This document shows positions 35,740-46,328 of a stretch of DNA of 64,000 bases, one piece after another (position 1 is the first letter of the stretch; each line of letters begins with the position of its first letter). The stretch is taken from the NCBI GenBank assembly GCA_963825525.1, contig CAWGTN010000002.1, positions 1,600,001 to 1,664,000 of the forward strand. The letters are read 5' to 3'. Source of the DNA: an uncultured Chloroflexia bacterium. GTDB lineage: Bacteria > Chloroflexota > Limnocylindria > QHBO01. Below the pieces are notes generated by a model. That model was given only the letters and a program-made list of their open reading frames with translations, was not told the DNA's origin and searched no databases. A program made the position numbers and the translations under genes.

Positions 35740-38681
35740 TGCGGATCGAGCGGATCGAGCTCGACGGATTCGGTCGGTTCCACGATGCGAGCTGGACACT
35801 CAACCCCGGCATGACGGTCGTGCTCGGAGCCAACGAGGCCGGCAAGACCACCTTCCTCAACGCCATTCGCGCGTTGCTCTTCGGATTCGACGCCACGCGG
35901 GAAGGACGAACCTGGTATCCGGCGGTGGCGGGTGGTCGTCGCGGCGGGCGCCTGGTGCTGAGCACGGGCGACGATGAACGCTGGGTCGTCGAGCGGCACG
36001 GCGAGCGCGGCGGGGGCGGGGCGCTGACCGTCAGGGCGCCGAATGGCAACCAGGGCGGGCAGGAGACGCTGGATCGGCTGCTCCGCGGGGCGGACCGCGA
36101 CCTCTTCGCGAACGTCTTCGCCTTCGGACTCGGCGAGCTGCAGGACCTGCACACGCTCTCGACCACGGGCGTCCGGGGCCGCATCTACGGAGCGGGCGCC
36201 GGGCTGGGAGGAGCCAGCGCGGTGGACCTGGAACGCAGGCTCCACGCGGAGCTTCGGGACCGATTCGTGCCCACCGGGAGCAAGCCGCCACTCAACGCAC
36301 TGCTCGTGCGGATCGAGTCACTGCGAGCCGAGATTGCGGCGCTGGCCACGCAGCCGGAGGAGTACGAGGCAGCCCACCGAGAGTGCTCGGCGCTCGAAGC
36401 ACGAACGGAGGCGCTGCGGGCCACAGCCCGATCCATGCGCGAGCGGGTCGCGCGGCTGACGAACGTCAGGGCCGCCGCACCGTCCCTGGCAGAGCTGGCG
36501 GAGATCGATGCCGAGGTGTTGGCGGGCGATCCGTCGCTCGACGCTCTGCCCCCCGACCTGTCCGCGGCGACCGACCGCCGGACCATGCTGCACGAGGAGG
36601 CCGCGCGGGCGCTTGCGGTCCTCGACGAGGAGCTCGCCGCGGCGCGCCACGAACGCGCTGCGATCAGCGTCGACTGGGTCGTACTCGACGCCGCCGACGA
36701 TATCGGCTCGCTCCGCGATGCGGTGGTCGGTCACTCCGGGCGGGCAGACCGGCGGGCGGATCTGTCTCGCGGGATCGAACGCCAGGAGGCCACGGTCGCG
36801 GAGCAGCGAGCACGGGTCGGCGGCTGGGATGAGGCGCGCCTCCTGGCCCTCGACGACTCGATCCCGGCGATCCAGGCCACCCGCGACGCGGAGGAACGCC
36901 TTATCGCGACCGCCGCGGCCGCGGCGGCTGTCACCGGCCGATTGACGGCAGCCAGCGGGGAGCTGGAGAGTCGCGAACGCGAGGCGACGCTGGACGCCGT
37001 CCCGGCGGATCTCTCTGAACGGCGCGAAGCGCTGCGCGAGCTCCTCACCGCTGCGGGCGGTACAGCGCAGGACCGCGTCGACGGGATTCCGATCCACACG
37101 CTCGTACCCGGCGTTGTGATCGCGATTGCCGTTGCGGCGATCGGCAGCGCCGTTGGGCAGGCGCTGGTGGGTCTGATTCTGGGGCTCGCGGCTGGCGGGC
37201 TGGCTGTCGTACTCCGGGCACCGATCGGCGGCTCTCGGACTCCACCGGCCGCTCGCCATGGAAGGCGCGCGGAGTTGATCAAGCGCGTCGGGCTGCCACC
37301 GGACGCCACGGACCGTGATCTGGTGGTCCTCGGCGAGGAGCTCGCGGCGGCCGAGGCGAGAGCGTCCGTGGCCAGGGAGCGCGCCGCCTCCCTGGACCAG
37401 CGCCGCGACGAGCTGGCACGCCTTCGTCGCCAGGCTGACGACGCCGACCTCGCGCGGCGAGCGGCCGGGGAGGAGTGGGGCTCGTGGCTCCTGGCCCACG
37501 GTCTGCCTGCCGGAGTTTCGGCGTCGGCGGTACGCGAGATGCTGGCCGCAGCCGGGACGGCACGCTCGGCCGCCGCCGAACGCGACCGGCTGCGAGGCAT
37601 GCTCGCCGAACTGGACGCGGCCGATTCGGAGCTGTCGGTCCGTGTCAACGACCTGCTGCAGCGACTCGGCGGCGACGTGTCCGATGACCCCGAACGTCAG
37701 GCGATTGCGGTGGCCGCGCTGGCCGAGCGCCTGGTATCGGCCCGGGAGGCTGAACGTCGCATCGGTGAGCTCGATGCTGTCATCGAGCGCCTCGAGGGTC
37801 GTCGCGGACCGTTGTCGGAAGCCGGCCAGGTCCGTTCATCGGAGCTCGCCGACTTCCTGGCGGCTCATGGCGCAGCGACGGTCGATGCCCTCAGGTCGCG
37901 CGACGCCGCCGCTGCCGGCCGGCGTGCCCTGCTTGCCCGCGCGAGAGAACTTCGCTCACACCTGGCGGGCATCGCGGGCAGCCCGGCGGGGGTCGAGGGC
38001 CTTGCCGCCGACGCGCGAACCACGGACGCCGTGGGAATCGACGCCGAGCTCGCCGAGGCACAGGCGGAGCTCGAACGCATCGAGGCCGAGCTGGCTGACG
38101 GCCACGCCCGCATCGGAGCGCTGATGGCCAGCATCGAACGGCTGGAGGCCACCGAGGAGATCGGTGCGAAACGCCAGGAGCTTGCCATCGCCGAGGGTTC
38201 AGCGGCGGCCCTGGCCCGCGACTGGGCCGTGCGGGCGGTGACGCTGCGACTGCTCGAAGAGACTCGGCATCGATACGAGCGCGAGCGGCAGCCCGACGTC
38301 GTGCGCGCGGCCGAGTCGCACTTCTCGCGCATCACCGGTGGTCGCTACACGCGGATCATCGCCCCGCCAGGCGACTCGAGCGTCCGGGTGGAGACCGATG
38401 GCGGGGAGTCGCGCGTCACCGACGAGCTGTCACGCGGCACGGCCGAGCAGCTGTACCTCGCCCTGCGCTTCGGACTGATCGAGGAGTTCGCCCGCCACGC
38501 TGAGCCGTTGCCGGTGGTCATGGATGACATCCTCGTGAACTTCGACCCGGAGCGAGCGGCGCGAGCCGCCACGGGCATCCGCGGCCTGGCCGAGCGACAC
38601 CAGGTCCTGTACTTCACCTGCCACGCCTGGACGGCGGAGCTGCTCGACCCGGACGGGGGACGGACACTCTCGCTGGCCTGA
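35739..38681 (+). CDS. YhaN-like SMC/Rad50-type ATPase with a central TM hairpin
   Basis: Walker A GANEAGKTT, long coiled coils and two hydrophobic helices, then LSRGTAEQLYLALR, DDILVNFD and FTCH. Coupled to the upstream gene (TGATG). Confidence 0.92.
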   Translation: MRIERIELDGFGRFHDASWTLNPGMTVVLGANEAGKTTFLNAIRALLFGFDATREGRTWYPAVAGGRRGGRLVLSTGDDERWVVERHGERGGGGALTVRAPNGNQGGQETLDRLLRGADRDLFANVFAFGLGELQDLHTLSTTGVRGRIYGAGAGLGGASAVDLERRLHAELRDRFVPTGSKPPLNALLVRIESLRAEIAALATQPEEYEAAHRECSALEARTEALRATARSMRERVARLTNVRAAAPSLAELAEIDAEVLAGDPSLDALPPDLSAATDRRTMLHEEAARALAVLDEELAAARHERAAISVDWVVLDAADDIGSLRDAVVGHSGRADRRADLSRGIERQEATVAEQRARVGGWDEARLLALDDSIPAIQATRDAEERLIATAAAAAAVTGRLTAASGELESREREATLDAVPADLSERREALRELLTAAGGTAQDRVDGIPIHTLVPGVVIAIAVAAIGSAVGQALVGLILGLAAGGLAVVLRAPIGGSRTPPAARHGRRAELIKRVGLPPDATDRDLVVLGEELAAAEARASVARERAASLDQRRDELARLRRQADDADLARRAAGEEWGSWLLAHGLPAGVSASAVREMLAAAGTARSAAAERDRLRGMLAELDAADSELSVRVNDLLQRLGGDVSDDPERQAIAVAALAERLVSAREAERRIGELDAVIERLEGRRGPLSEAGQVRSSELADFLAAHGAATVDALRSRDAAAAGRRALLARARELRSHLAGIAGSPAGVEGLAADARTTDAVGIDAELAEAQAELERIEAELADGHARIGALMASIERLEATEEIGAKRQELAIAEGSAAALARDWAVRAVTLRLLEETRHRYERERQPDVVRAAESHFSRITGGRYTRIIAPPGDSSVRVETDGGESRVTDELSRGTAEQLYLALRFGLIEEFARHAEPLPVVMDDILVNFDPERAARAATGIRGLAERHQVLYFTCHAWTAELLDPDGGRTLSLA

Positions 38682-38704
38682 CTGATAGCATCAGCAGCCA
38701 CCAC

Positions 38705-39424
38705 ATGCCTGACGACAAGCTGCCCACACCTGAGCGCGTCCTCGTGGTCGCCGCACATCCCGATGACATCGAGTTCGGCGCCGCGGGCACCATCGCCAGG
38801 TGGGTCGCCGAGGGCGCCAGTGCGCGCTACCTCCTCGTCACCCGTGGGGACAAGGGGAGCGACGATCCGGACGCCGACGTGGCCGCGCTCGCTTCGCTTC
38901 GCGAGGACGAGCAACGAGCCGCCGCCGCCGTCATCGGGGTCGAGGGCGTCGACTTTCTCGACGAGCCCGACGGCCAGGTCGAACCCTCGCTCCAGCTGCG
39001 AGAACGCATCACGCGCGCCATCCGGTCGTACCGGCCGGAGATCGTCATGACGCACGATCCCACCGTGCTGTTCGTCAACAACGAGTGGGTCAACCACCCC
39101 GACCACCGGGCGGTGGGTCAGACCACGGTCGATGCGGTGTTCCCGACCGCCCGCGACCCACTGAACTTTCGCGAGCACCTCGACCTCGGGTTGGCAGCGT
39201 GGAAGGTCGCCGAGCTCTATCTGTGGAGCACGAACGAGGCGAACCAGCTCGTTGACATTGCCGGGACGCTCGACGCGAAGATCGAGGCGCTCGGGCGCCA
39301 CGCCAGCCAGTTCCGGTCGTTCGGCGAGATCGAGCGATGGGTCTCGCGGCGCAGCGAGGAGCTGGGTGAGCGGGCCGGGTATCGCGCCGCCGAGGGGTTC
39401 CGACGCGTGACCCTGGCGCGATGA
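38705..39424 (+). CDS. PIG-L family deacetylase (LmbE/BshB/Mca-like)
   Basis: Motifs AHPDDIE, TRGDKG, HPDH and HASQ. Confidence 0.92.
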   Translation: MPDDKLPTPERVLVVAAHPDDIEFGAAGTIARWVAEGASARYLLVTRGDKGSDDPDADVAALASLREDEQRAAAAVIGVEGVDFLDEPDGQVEPSLQLRERITRAIRSYRPEIVMTHDPTVLFVNNEWVNHPDHRAVGQTTVDAVFPTARDPLNFREHLDLGLAAWKVAELYLWSTNEANQLVDIAGTLDAKIEALGRHASQFRSFGEIERWVSRRSEELGERAGYRAAEGFRRVTLAR

Positions 39425-41427
39425 AGGTCCTCGCCCATTTCGCCGTGCTGGCCGTGTTGCTCGCGGGGTGTGCCAACAGCCCCGATCCCGACGCCACGCC
39501 GGCGCCGACCACGTTCCCGATGGCGTCCCCCGCACAGGCAACCTCGCTGGCAGCCGATTACCTGCGGGATTGGGCGGCCGGCGATTACGCGGCAATGCAC
39601 GCACGGCTCGATCCAACGGTCCAGGCTCGATACCCGCTGCCTGAGTTCACCGAGTTCCACGCGGGCTTTGCCGAGATGGTGCGGATCGCCGACCTGCGCG
39701 GCGAGCCGGGCGAGCCACGCATCGTTGGGCTTCCACCGGAGCCCAGGCCGGCGGCGTTCCCCGATCCGACACCCGCTCCCGCTGCCTCGACCGCTCCCTC
39801 CGCCTCGCCCGGAAGCTCGACCGCTCCCCTCCCCAGCTTCGATCCCACGGAGCCATTGCCCGGGCCGGTCCCGGCCCTCGAGGTGCCCATCTCACTCACG
39901 GTCGACTCGGATCGGTTCGGGTCACTGGCGGTGGATCGGGCGCTGACGCTGGTCCACGGCCAGGATGGGTGGCTCATGCGCTGGACGCCGGCGGTCGTCT
40001 TCCCGGAGCTCGGCTCCGATGGGGCGCTGCGCCTCGATCGGTCGCTCGGTCCGCGGGGGCAGATCGTGGGGGCCGGCGACACGGTCTGGGCCATGAATCG
40101 CGACGACGGGGTGAGGGTCTATCCGCAGGAGGCGCTGGCCGGACAGACCATCGGCTACGTGGCGGAAGTGACGGCCGAGGACCTCGAGACGCTGGCGCAG
40201 TCCGGGTACCGCGCCGGCGACGTGGTCGGCCGCAGCGGCCTCGAGGCGGGCGCCGAGGCGTTGCTGCGCGGCACGCCCGGCTGGCAGCTCATCGCCGTGA
40301 CCACGGACGCGCCCGAAGCGGTCCTGCTGGAGACCGAGCAGGTCCCGGGAGCGGATGTCACGATCACCCTGCGGCCGAACATCCAGGCCGCGGCACAGTC
40401 AGCCGTGAGTCCGTACGGGGCTGCGGCGACAGCCATCCTCGATCCGCAGAGCGGGGACGTGTGGGCGCTCGCCAGCCAGCCCGCGTTCAATCCGAACTCG
40501 ATGACCTCGGGCATGACGATGGCCGGTGAGCCGCTCGCTCCCGCGGGCGCGGGACAGATCTTCAACAAGGCGGTGCTAGCCGCCTACCCGGCGGGATCGT
40601 CATTCAAGCCGTTCACCCTTGCGGCCGCGCTCCGGACAGGCGTCGTCACGCCGGCCAGCCTAGTGGCCTGTCCCGCGACCTGGGACTACGGCGACTTCAC
40701 GTTCCGGAACTACGAGGAGCACTCGCTGCCGGGGCAGGTGACGCTTGCCCAGGCGATGGCGTTCAGCTGCAACACCACGTACATGCCGCTGGCGCTGTCC
40801 ATCTACGAGCGCGAGGAGACGGCGCTCACCGACCTCCTGTTCGAGTTCGGGTTTGGTGCAGCCACCGGCATCACGTACCTCATCGAGGAGACCGGCATCG
40901 TCCCCGACGATGCGTGGTTGGCCGCGAACGGACGGGGTGGGTACTCGGGCTTCGAGCAGATTCAGCTGGCCATCGGCCAGGGAGCATTCCTCGGCACGTC
41001 GCTTCAGCTCGCCAACGCCTACGCGGCCATCGGCAACGGCGGCACGCTGTGGACGCCCCGCATCGTGACCGCGGCTACCCTGCCCGATGGCGAGCCAATC
41101 CTCACGGTGGAGCCCACGGTGGCTCGTCAGGTCTCGGTCGACCCCGCGGACCTCGCGTACGTCACCGACACGCTCGTGGCCGTCACCTCGCTGCCCTACG
41201 GAACCGGGACCGCTGCATTCGCCGGTTTCGGCATCCCCGTTGCGGGGAAGTCCGGCACGGCGGAGACGGGAACCCCGGATCCGCATGCCTGGTTCCCGGC
41301 CTTCGCACCGGCCGGCGATCCCTCGATCAGCATCGCCACCGTGCTGCCGAACATTCCGCTCGGGACCGGCGGGTCAGATGCCGCGCCGCTCGTCCGTCGC
41401 GTCATGGCGGTGCACTTTGCCAACTGA
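39421..41427 (+). CDS. Lipoprotein class B penicillin-binding protein (NTF2-like N domain and transpeptidase)
   Basis: Lipobox LLAGC; GRSGLE; catalytic motifs SSFK, SCN and KSG; HAWF. Confidence 0.9.
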   Translation: MKVLAHFAVLAVLLAGCANSPDPDATPAPTTFPMASPAQATSLAADYLRDWAAGDYAAMHARLDPTVQARYPLPEFTEFHAGFAEMVRIADLRGEPGEPRIVGLPPEPRPAAFPDPTPAPAASTAPSASPGSSTAPLPSFDPTEPLPGPVPALEVPISLTVDSDRFGSLAVDRALTLVHGQDGWLMRWTPAVVFPELGSDGALRLDRSLGPRGQIVGAGDTVWAMNRDDGVRVYPQEALAGQTIGYVAEVTAEDLETLAQSGYRAGDVVGRSGLEAGAEALLRGTPGWQLIAVTTDAPEAVLLETEQVPGADVTITLRPNIQAAAQSAVSPYGAAATAILDPQSGDVWALASQPAFNPNSMTSGMTMAGEPLAPAGAGQIFNKAVLAAYPAGSSFKPFTLAAALRTGVVTPASLVACPATWDYGDFTFRNYEEHSLPGQVTLAQAMAFSCNTTYMPLALSIYEREETALTDLLFEFGFGAATGITYLIEETGIVPDDAWLAANGRGGYSGFEQIQLAIGQGAFLGTSLQLANAYAAIGNGGTLWTPRIVTAATLPDGEPILTVEPTVARQVSVDPADLAYVTDTLVAVTSLPYGTGTAAFAGFGIPVAGKSGTAETGTPDPHAWFPAFAPAGDPSISIATVLPNIPLGTGGSDAAPLVRRVMAVHFAN

Positions 41428-41532
41428 GACGACCCCCGACCTTGCGCCCCACGAGCCCGAGCGGGTAGCATCGGTCCTGCCGCTCCTTCTAGCCTCATGG
41501 TCTAACACTGCCCGGAGAGCGACCTCGACGCC

Positions 41533-43506
41533 GTGATCAGCGATACCGCGATTCCACTGAGGTTCCAGACCGCCGAGGTCGGCGTGGACTGGCTTCAGTG
41601 CAACATCGAGTGCCAGGAAGGCTGCCCGGTCAACACGAACTGCCGGGGCTACCTGATGCTGGCCGCCGAGGGCCGGTTCGAGGAGGGCTACATCCTGGCC
41701 CGCGACCCGAACCCGGTTGCGGCGATCTGCGGCTACGTATGCTCCGCCCCGTGCGAGAAGGCATGCCGCCGAGCCGATATCGACAAGCCCCTCGCCATTC
41801 GCGCCATGAAGCGCTTCCTGGTGGATTGGCACTACGGCAACAACATGCCTGACAACGTCGTGGTCCAGGCACCGACGGGGCGCAATGTCGCCGTCATCGG
41901 TGCGGGACCGGCCGGGCTGGCCGCGGCCAAGGAGCTGGGCAGCTGGGGCCACGAGGTTCACGTGTACGACGCGCTCCCGTCTGGTGGGGGCACGACCCTC
42001 ATCGGCGTTCCCGCCTTCCGGCTGCCGCGCGACGTGATCGAGCTCGACGTCAACTGGGTGGCGAAGCATGGCGTGCAGTTCCACTACAACGTGGAGATCG
42101 GCCGTGACATCACCCTCGAGCAGCTGAAGGAGCGCCACGACGCCGTCGTTGTCGCCACCGGCTGCATGTTCCCGGTGGCGATGAACACGCCGGGCGAGGA
42201 GCTGGACGGCGTCATCTACGGGGTCGACTTCCTGAAGCGTGCCAACCTCGGCCAGCCGCAGTGGGTCGGGGAGCACGTCGTCATCATCGGCGGCGGATAC
42301 ACCGCCATGGACTCGTCGCGGACGGCCCTGCGGCTGGGTGCCAAGACGAGCACCATCGTCTATCGGCGTGGCCCGGACGAGATGGTGGTCGACGAGGAGG
42401 AGCAGCACGAGACCCGTTTCGAGGGCGTGCAGTTCGAGTACTTCAGCTCACCGGTCGAAGTCTTGGCCGGTCCGGACGGCAAGGTCAACGGCATGAAGTT
42501 CGTCCGCACCCGGCTCGGGCCGCCGGATGCCACCGGTCGTCGCAGCGCCGAGCCGATCCCGGGCAGCGAGTTCACGATCGCGTGCGACATGGTCATCCCC
42601 TGCACCAGCCAGGCATCGGACAACAACGTGCTCGGCGAGTTCGGCGCCAAGCTCAACCGGCACGTGGGCGTGACCGATACGCGCACCGTGGTCGACGGCG
42701 GCTCGCTTTCATCCTGGCGCACCGCCCCGCTCAACGGCACCACGCCGAAGGATGCGAACGGCAACTCGCTCAACGACCTGGAATTCGAGTTCAACCGCGG
42801 CAACGTCGTGATCAACGCCGATACCTTCGGCACCAACGTCGACGGTGTCTTCGCGGTCGGCGACTTCGTCACCGGTCCGGCAACCATCATCGAGGCGGCT
42901 GGCCTCGGCCGACGAGCCGCGCGCTCCGTCGATCGCTGGCTGGCGGGCGTCCGTGGCGAGGAGCTCGAGGAGCTGCCGGTCATCAACCGCGCGGTGATCA
43001 CCCAGAGCCTCGAGCACGACATGCCGCGCTTCTACGAGGGCACGCCGCGCCAGGAGATCCCGATGGCACCGCCGGAGCTGCGCCGCGACTTCACGAGCCT
43101 GGTCGAGGTCGGCTACGACACCCGCAGTGCGATCGACGAGGGGACGCGTTGCCTGCAGTGCAACCACAACATCAACATCGACGGTCCGCGCTGTATCCTG
43201 TGCGGGCTCTGCGCCGATGTCTGCCCCGAGGGCGTGATCTACATGATCGACAAGGCGCAGGTCGGCGGCGACGATCCGGAGCAGGGCTTCTTCCAGTCGT
43301 GGCCGCGCGGCATCGCCATGATCATCGACGAGGAGCGCTGCATTCGATGCAACCTGTGCGTGGAGCGCTGCCCGACCAACTGCATCACCATGGACCGGCT
43401 CGAGCTCGAGCGGTTCACGCCTGACGGGAAGGTTCTGTTGGAGAGCTACAAGGACAACGTGCTCGGACAGGTCGGCCAGCAGGCCGGGATGCCGGTGGAC
43501 CGATGA
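41533..43506 (+). CDS. NAD(P)H:FAD/Fe-S oxidoreductase (GltD/NfnB/DsrL-like) with a C-terminal 2[4Fe-4S] ferredoxin domain
   Basis: Fe-S motifs CQEGCP and [13 protein letters not shown]; GAGPAG (FAD); GVPAFRLP; GGGYTAMD plus YRR (NADP preference); RCLQC; [12 protein letters not shown] and [12 protein letters not shown]. Confidence 0.92.
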   Translation: MISDTAIPLRFQTAEVGVDWLQCNIECQEGCPVNTNCRGYLMLAAEGRFEEGYILARDPNPVAAICGYVCSAPCEKACRRADIDKPLAIRAMKRFLVDWHYGNNMPDNVVVQAPTGRNVAVIGAGPAGLAAAKELGSWGHEVHVYDALPSGGGTTLIGVPAFRLPRDVIELDVNWVAKHGVQFHYNVEIGRDITLEQLKERHDAVVVATGCMFPVAMNTPGEELDGVIYGVDFLKRANLGQPQWVGEHVVIIGGGYTAMDSSRTALRLGAKTSTIVYRRGPDEMVVDEEEQHETRFEGVQFEYFSSPVEVLAGPDGKVNGMKFVRTRLGPPDATGRRSAEPIPGSEFTIACDMVIPCTSQASDNNVLGEFGAKLNRHVGVTDTRTVVDGGSLSSWRTAPLNGTTPKDANGNSLNDLEFEFNRGNVVINADTFGTNVDGVFAVGDFVTGPATIIEAAGLGRRAARSVDRWLAGVRGEELEELPVINRAVITQSLEHDMPRFYEGTPRQEIPMAPPELRRDFTSLVEVGYDTRSAIDEGTRCLQCNHNINIDGPRCILCGLCADVCPEGVIYMIDKAQVGGDDPEQGFFQSWPRGIAMIIDEERCIRCNLCVERCPTNCITMDRLELERFTPDGKVLLESYKDNVLGQVGQQAGMPVDR

Positions 43507-44222
43507 ACGCCGTGATGCGCTTCATCAAGGAGTCCGCGCTGTGGCGCAGCCTCTTCCGTCAGCCGTATCCCAACACCAGCCGCACCCGCGCCCTGGCGGT
43601 GATGAACAACGTGTTCCTGCACCTCCACCCGGTGCGCGTGAAGCGCCATGCCGTCCGCTACACATACACGTTCTGCCTCGGCGGGATCAGCTTCTTCCTG
43701 TTCCTGGCGCTCACCGTGACCGGCCTGTACCTGATGTTCTTCTACGTGCCGTCGGTCAGCCGTGCCTACCAGGACATCCAGGCCATCGAGGCGTCGGTCG
43801 CGTTCGGCACCCTGGTTCGCAACATGCACCGCTGGGCGGCGCACCTCATGGTGCTCACCGTCTTCCTGCACATGATCCGCGTCTTCTACCACGGTGCCTA
43901 CAAGCCGCCGCGCGAGTTCAACTGGGTGGTCGGCGTGATCCTGCTCTTCCTGACCCTGATGCTCAGCTTCACCGGCTACCTGCTGCCGTGGGACCAGATC
44001 GCCTTCTGGGCCATCACCGTCGGCACCCAGATGGCGCTCTACGCGCCGCTCCTGGGACAGGAGTCGAGCTTCTTCCTGCTCGGCGGCATCCAGGTCGGCC
44101 AGGAGACGCTGCTCCGCTTCTACGTCCTTCACGTGATCGCATTCCCGCTGATCGCCGCCATCTTCATGATCGTCCACTTCTGGAGGATCCGGAAGGACGG
44201 CGGCATCTCGGGTCCGGTGTAG
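43503..44222 (+). CDS. Cytochrome b6-type N-terminal subunit of a Rieske/cyt b complex
   Basis: YTFCLGG (heme ci Cys); HRW...H and H-x14-H heme ligands; GYLLPWDQ; ends ISGPV. Confidence 0.95.
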   Translation: MNAVMRFIKESALWRSLFRQPYPNTSRTRALAVMNNVFLHLHPVRVKRHAVRYTYTFCLGGISFFLFLALTVTGLYLMFFYVPSVSRAYQDIQAIEASVAFGTLVRNMHRWAAHLMVLTVFLHMIRVFYHGAYKPPREFNWVVGVILLFLTLMLSFTGYLLPWDQIAFWAITVGTQMALYAPLLGQESSFFLLGGIQVGQETLLRFYVLHVIAFPLIAAIFMIVHFWRIRKDGGISGPV

Positions 44223-44238
44223 GGTTAGGGATGAACCG

Positions 44239-44856
44239 ATGACGATCGAGAAACGGCCGAACGCGACGGCCGACAAGAACGCCCCGACGCAGGCGCCGGA
44301 GCGGGCGCCCATCGTCTCGCCGGGCAGCGGTCCGAAGCTGCCGGGGCCGCCCGGCGTGCCCGGGACGGAGCGATTCCGCCTGCTCGCCTACGTCAAGCAG
44401 GAGTCGATGGTCCGCGTCGACAAGCGTCCGGACGAGACGCTGCTGACCTGGCCGCACCTGCTGCGCGCCGAGTTCCTGATGTCGATGCTCATCAGCGGAC
44501 TGCTGGTGGTGACGTCGCTCTGGATCCAGGCGCCGCTCGAGGAGATGGCGAACCCGGCGGTCACGCCGCACGTCGCCAAGGCGCCGTGGTACTTCCTGGG
44601 CCTGCAGGAGATCCTGAGCTACTTCAACGCCACCGTCGCCGGCGTGATCGTGCCGACCTTCTATCTGCTGGGGTTGGCAGCCATCCCGTTCATCGACCGC
44701 ACACCGTTCAAGGCGGCCCGGGACCGCAAGCTGATGTGGGTCTTCTTCCTGTGCCTCATGCTCGGCGGGCTGCTCGTCACGTTCATCGGCTCATTCTTCC
44801 GTGGCCCGGGATGGAACTGGGTCTGGCCGTGGGAGGGGCTCTTCTTCAACCTATGA
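44239..44856 (+). CDS. Subunit IV-like C-terminal cytochrome b subunit
   Basis: TWPHLL, APLEEMANP.VTP, KAPWYFLGLQE (PEWY-equivalent) and PFIDR. Confidence 0.9.
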   Translation: MTIEKRPNATADKNAPTQAPERAPIVSPGSGPKLPGPPGVPGTERFRLLAYVKQESMVRVDKRPDETLLTWPHLLRAEFLMSMLISGLLVVTSLWIQAPLEEMANPAVTPHVAKAPWYFLGLQEILSYFNATVAGVIVPTFYLLGLAAIPFIDRTPFKAARDRKLMWVFFLCLMLGGLLVTFIGSFFRGPGWNWVWPWEGLFFNL

Positions 44857-45509
44857 CACAGCACGCTTCGTACGGCGAGGTCCACGGGCCTCGCGCGGGT
44901 GAGATCAGCCGTCGCGGATTCATGCGCCGCATGCTCGGCGTGGGCGTCGGGATCCTGTCCCTCGAGTTCCTGGGCGGGACCCTCGCCTTCCTGTGGCCGA
45001 ATCTGACCGAGGGCCTGGGCGCCAAGATCACGATCGGCGGCGTGGCAGAGATCAACAATGCCCAGCCCGAGTGGAAGAACGGCCTGCCGTACATCTACGG
45101 GCCGGCCAACCTCTTCATCGTGAACGTTCCGGCCGCCAAGGCACGGGTTGAGGGTGATGGCTCCGTCGCCTCCCCCGTCGAGGACCCCGGCACGGATCTC
45201 TCCGAGGACCTTCCCACAGCCGATCGCTCGGTCCTGGCCCTGTGGCGCAAGTGCCCGCACCTGGGTTGCCAGGTGCCGCAGCTGTGCGACCAGAGCGAGT
45301 GGTTCGAATGCCTGTGCCATGGATCGAAGTACACGGTGCTCGGCGAGAAGCGCGACGGACCCGCTCCGCGCGGGATGGATCGCTTCCCCGTGTCGGCTGC
45401 GGACGGCGCGTACGTGGTGGACACCAGCCAGGTCATCAGCGGGCCTCCGCCTGGAACGGTGACCTTCGATCAGCGCGGACCGACCGACATGCCGCACTGC
45501 ACGGGCTGA
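44853..45509 (+). CDS. Rieske [2Fe-2S] subunit
   Basis: Tat motif SRRGFM followed by a TM helix; boxes CPHLGC and CLCHGSKY; GPAPRGM. ATGA overlap with subunit IV. Confidence 0.93.
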   Translation: MTQHASYGEVHGPRAGEISRRGFMRRMLGVGVGILSLEFLGGTLAFLWPNLTEGLGAKITIGGVAEINNAQPEWKNGLPYIYGPANLFIVNVPAAKARVEGDGSVASPVEDPGTDLSEDLPTADRSVLALWRKCPHLGCQVPQLCDQSEWFECLCHGSKYTVLGEKRDGPAPRGMDRFPVSAADGAYVVDTSQVISGPPPGTVTFDQRGPTDMPHCTG

Positions 45510-45512
45510 CCG

Positions 45513-46319
45513 ATGCTGCTGAAGACGCTCGGCGTCATCCTGGTGACGGCCCTCTCCGCATTCACCCTCCTCTACTGGGTGACCGACAACCCCCGGCGCG
45601 ACGAGATCGCGACGGCTCATGACGACGAGCTCCTCGAATACGGCGAGATCATCTTCAGTGCCGATCCGGCCGAGCCGGCCGCTGCCGGATGCGCCAACTG
45701 CCACGGACCCGAGGGCTTCGGCGGGGAGGAGGGGGCGCCCGCAATCGGACCGAGCCTGCACACGCGGAGTCTCGCCGACAAGCTGAAGGTGAACGGCAAC
45801 TACGTCCACCTGGCGGTGAGCTACGGCGGCGTCGTAGTCTCCGGCAACGTCAACTCGGCGATGCCCGCGTGGAGCGCGGAGGTCGGCGGCCCGCTGAATG
45901 TGCAGCAGATCGACGCCGTCTCGGCGCTCGTCCAGTCATGGGCCGCCGAAGCCGACGAGCAGCCGATCGAGGACGTCCCGAACACGGAGGAGGCCGGCGC
46001 CGAGGTCTACACCGCCGCCGGCTGCGTCGCGTGCCACGGGGCCGATCTGGCGGGCGGGACGGCCGGGCCGAACATCCAGGGCATAGGCTCGGCGGTCATC
46101 ACCGAGTTCGAGAACTTCCCGACACCCTCGGGTGCCGACCAGATGGTTGCGGATTACGACGAGGACCCGAGGATGTTCCTCGAGAAGTGGATCAGGGACT
46201 CGTCGGCGAACTACAACGACGGCCAGGCGACCGGCATGCCTCCGCATTCCGAGGGCGCCGTCAGCGAGAGCGCGCTGCAGGCGCTCATCACCTTCCTCCT
46301 GGCCCAGACAGGTGGGTAG
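45513..46319 (+). CDS. Membrane-anchored diheme c-type cytochrome
   Basis: N-terminal TM helix; CANCH...MPAW and CVACH...MPP. Confidence 0.92.
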   Translation: MLLKTLGVILVTALSAFTLLYWVTDNPRRDEIATAHDDELLEYGEIIFSADPAEPAAAGCANCHGPEGFGGEEGAPAIGPSLHTRSLADKLKVNGNYVHLAVSYGGVVVSGNVNSAMPAWSAEVGGPLNVQQIDAVSALVQSWAAEADEQPIEDVPNTEEAGAEVYTAAGCVACHGADLAGGTAGPNIQGIGSAVITEFENFPTPSGADQMVADYDEDPRMFLEKWIRDSSANYNDGQATGMPPHSEGAVSESALQALITFLLAQTGG

Positions 46320-46328
46320 GAGGATCGC

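Noticed and set aside
34414-38681. Nuclease plus SMC-like ATPase pair as a novel defence system
   Set aside because: It matches the widespread YhaO/YhaN family in motifs and gene order.
41533-43506. Calling the flavoprotein gltD or dsrL
   Set aside because: There is no gltB or dsr gene in the window. It carries an extra ferredoxin domain relative to GltD and is coupled to cyt b, so only a family-level call is justified.
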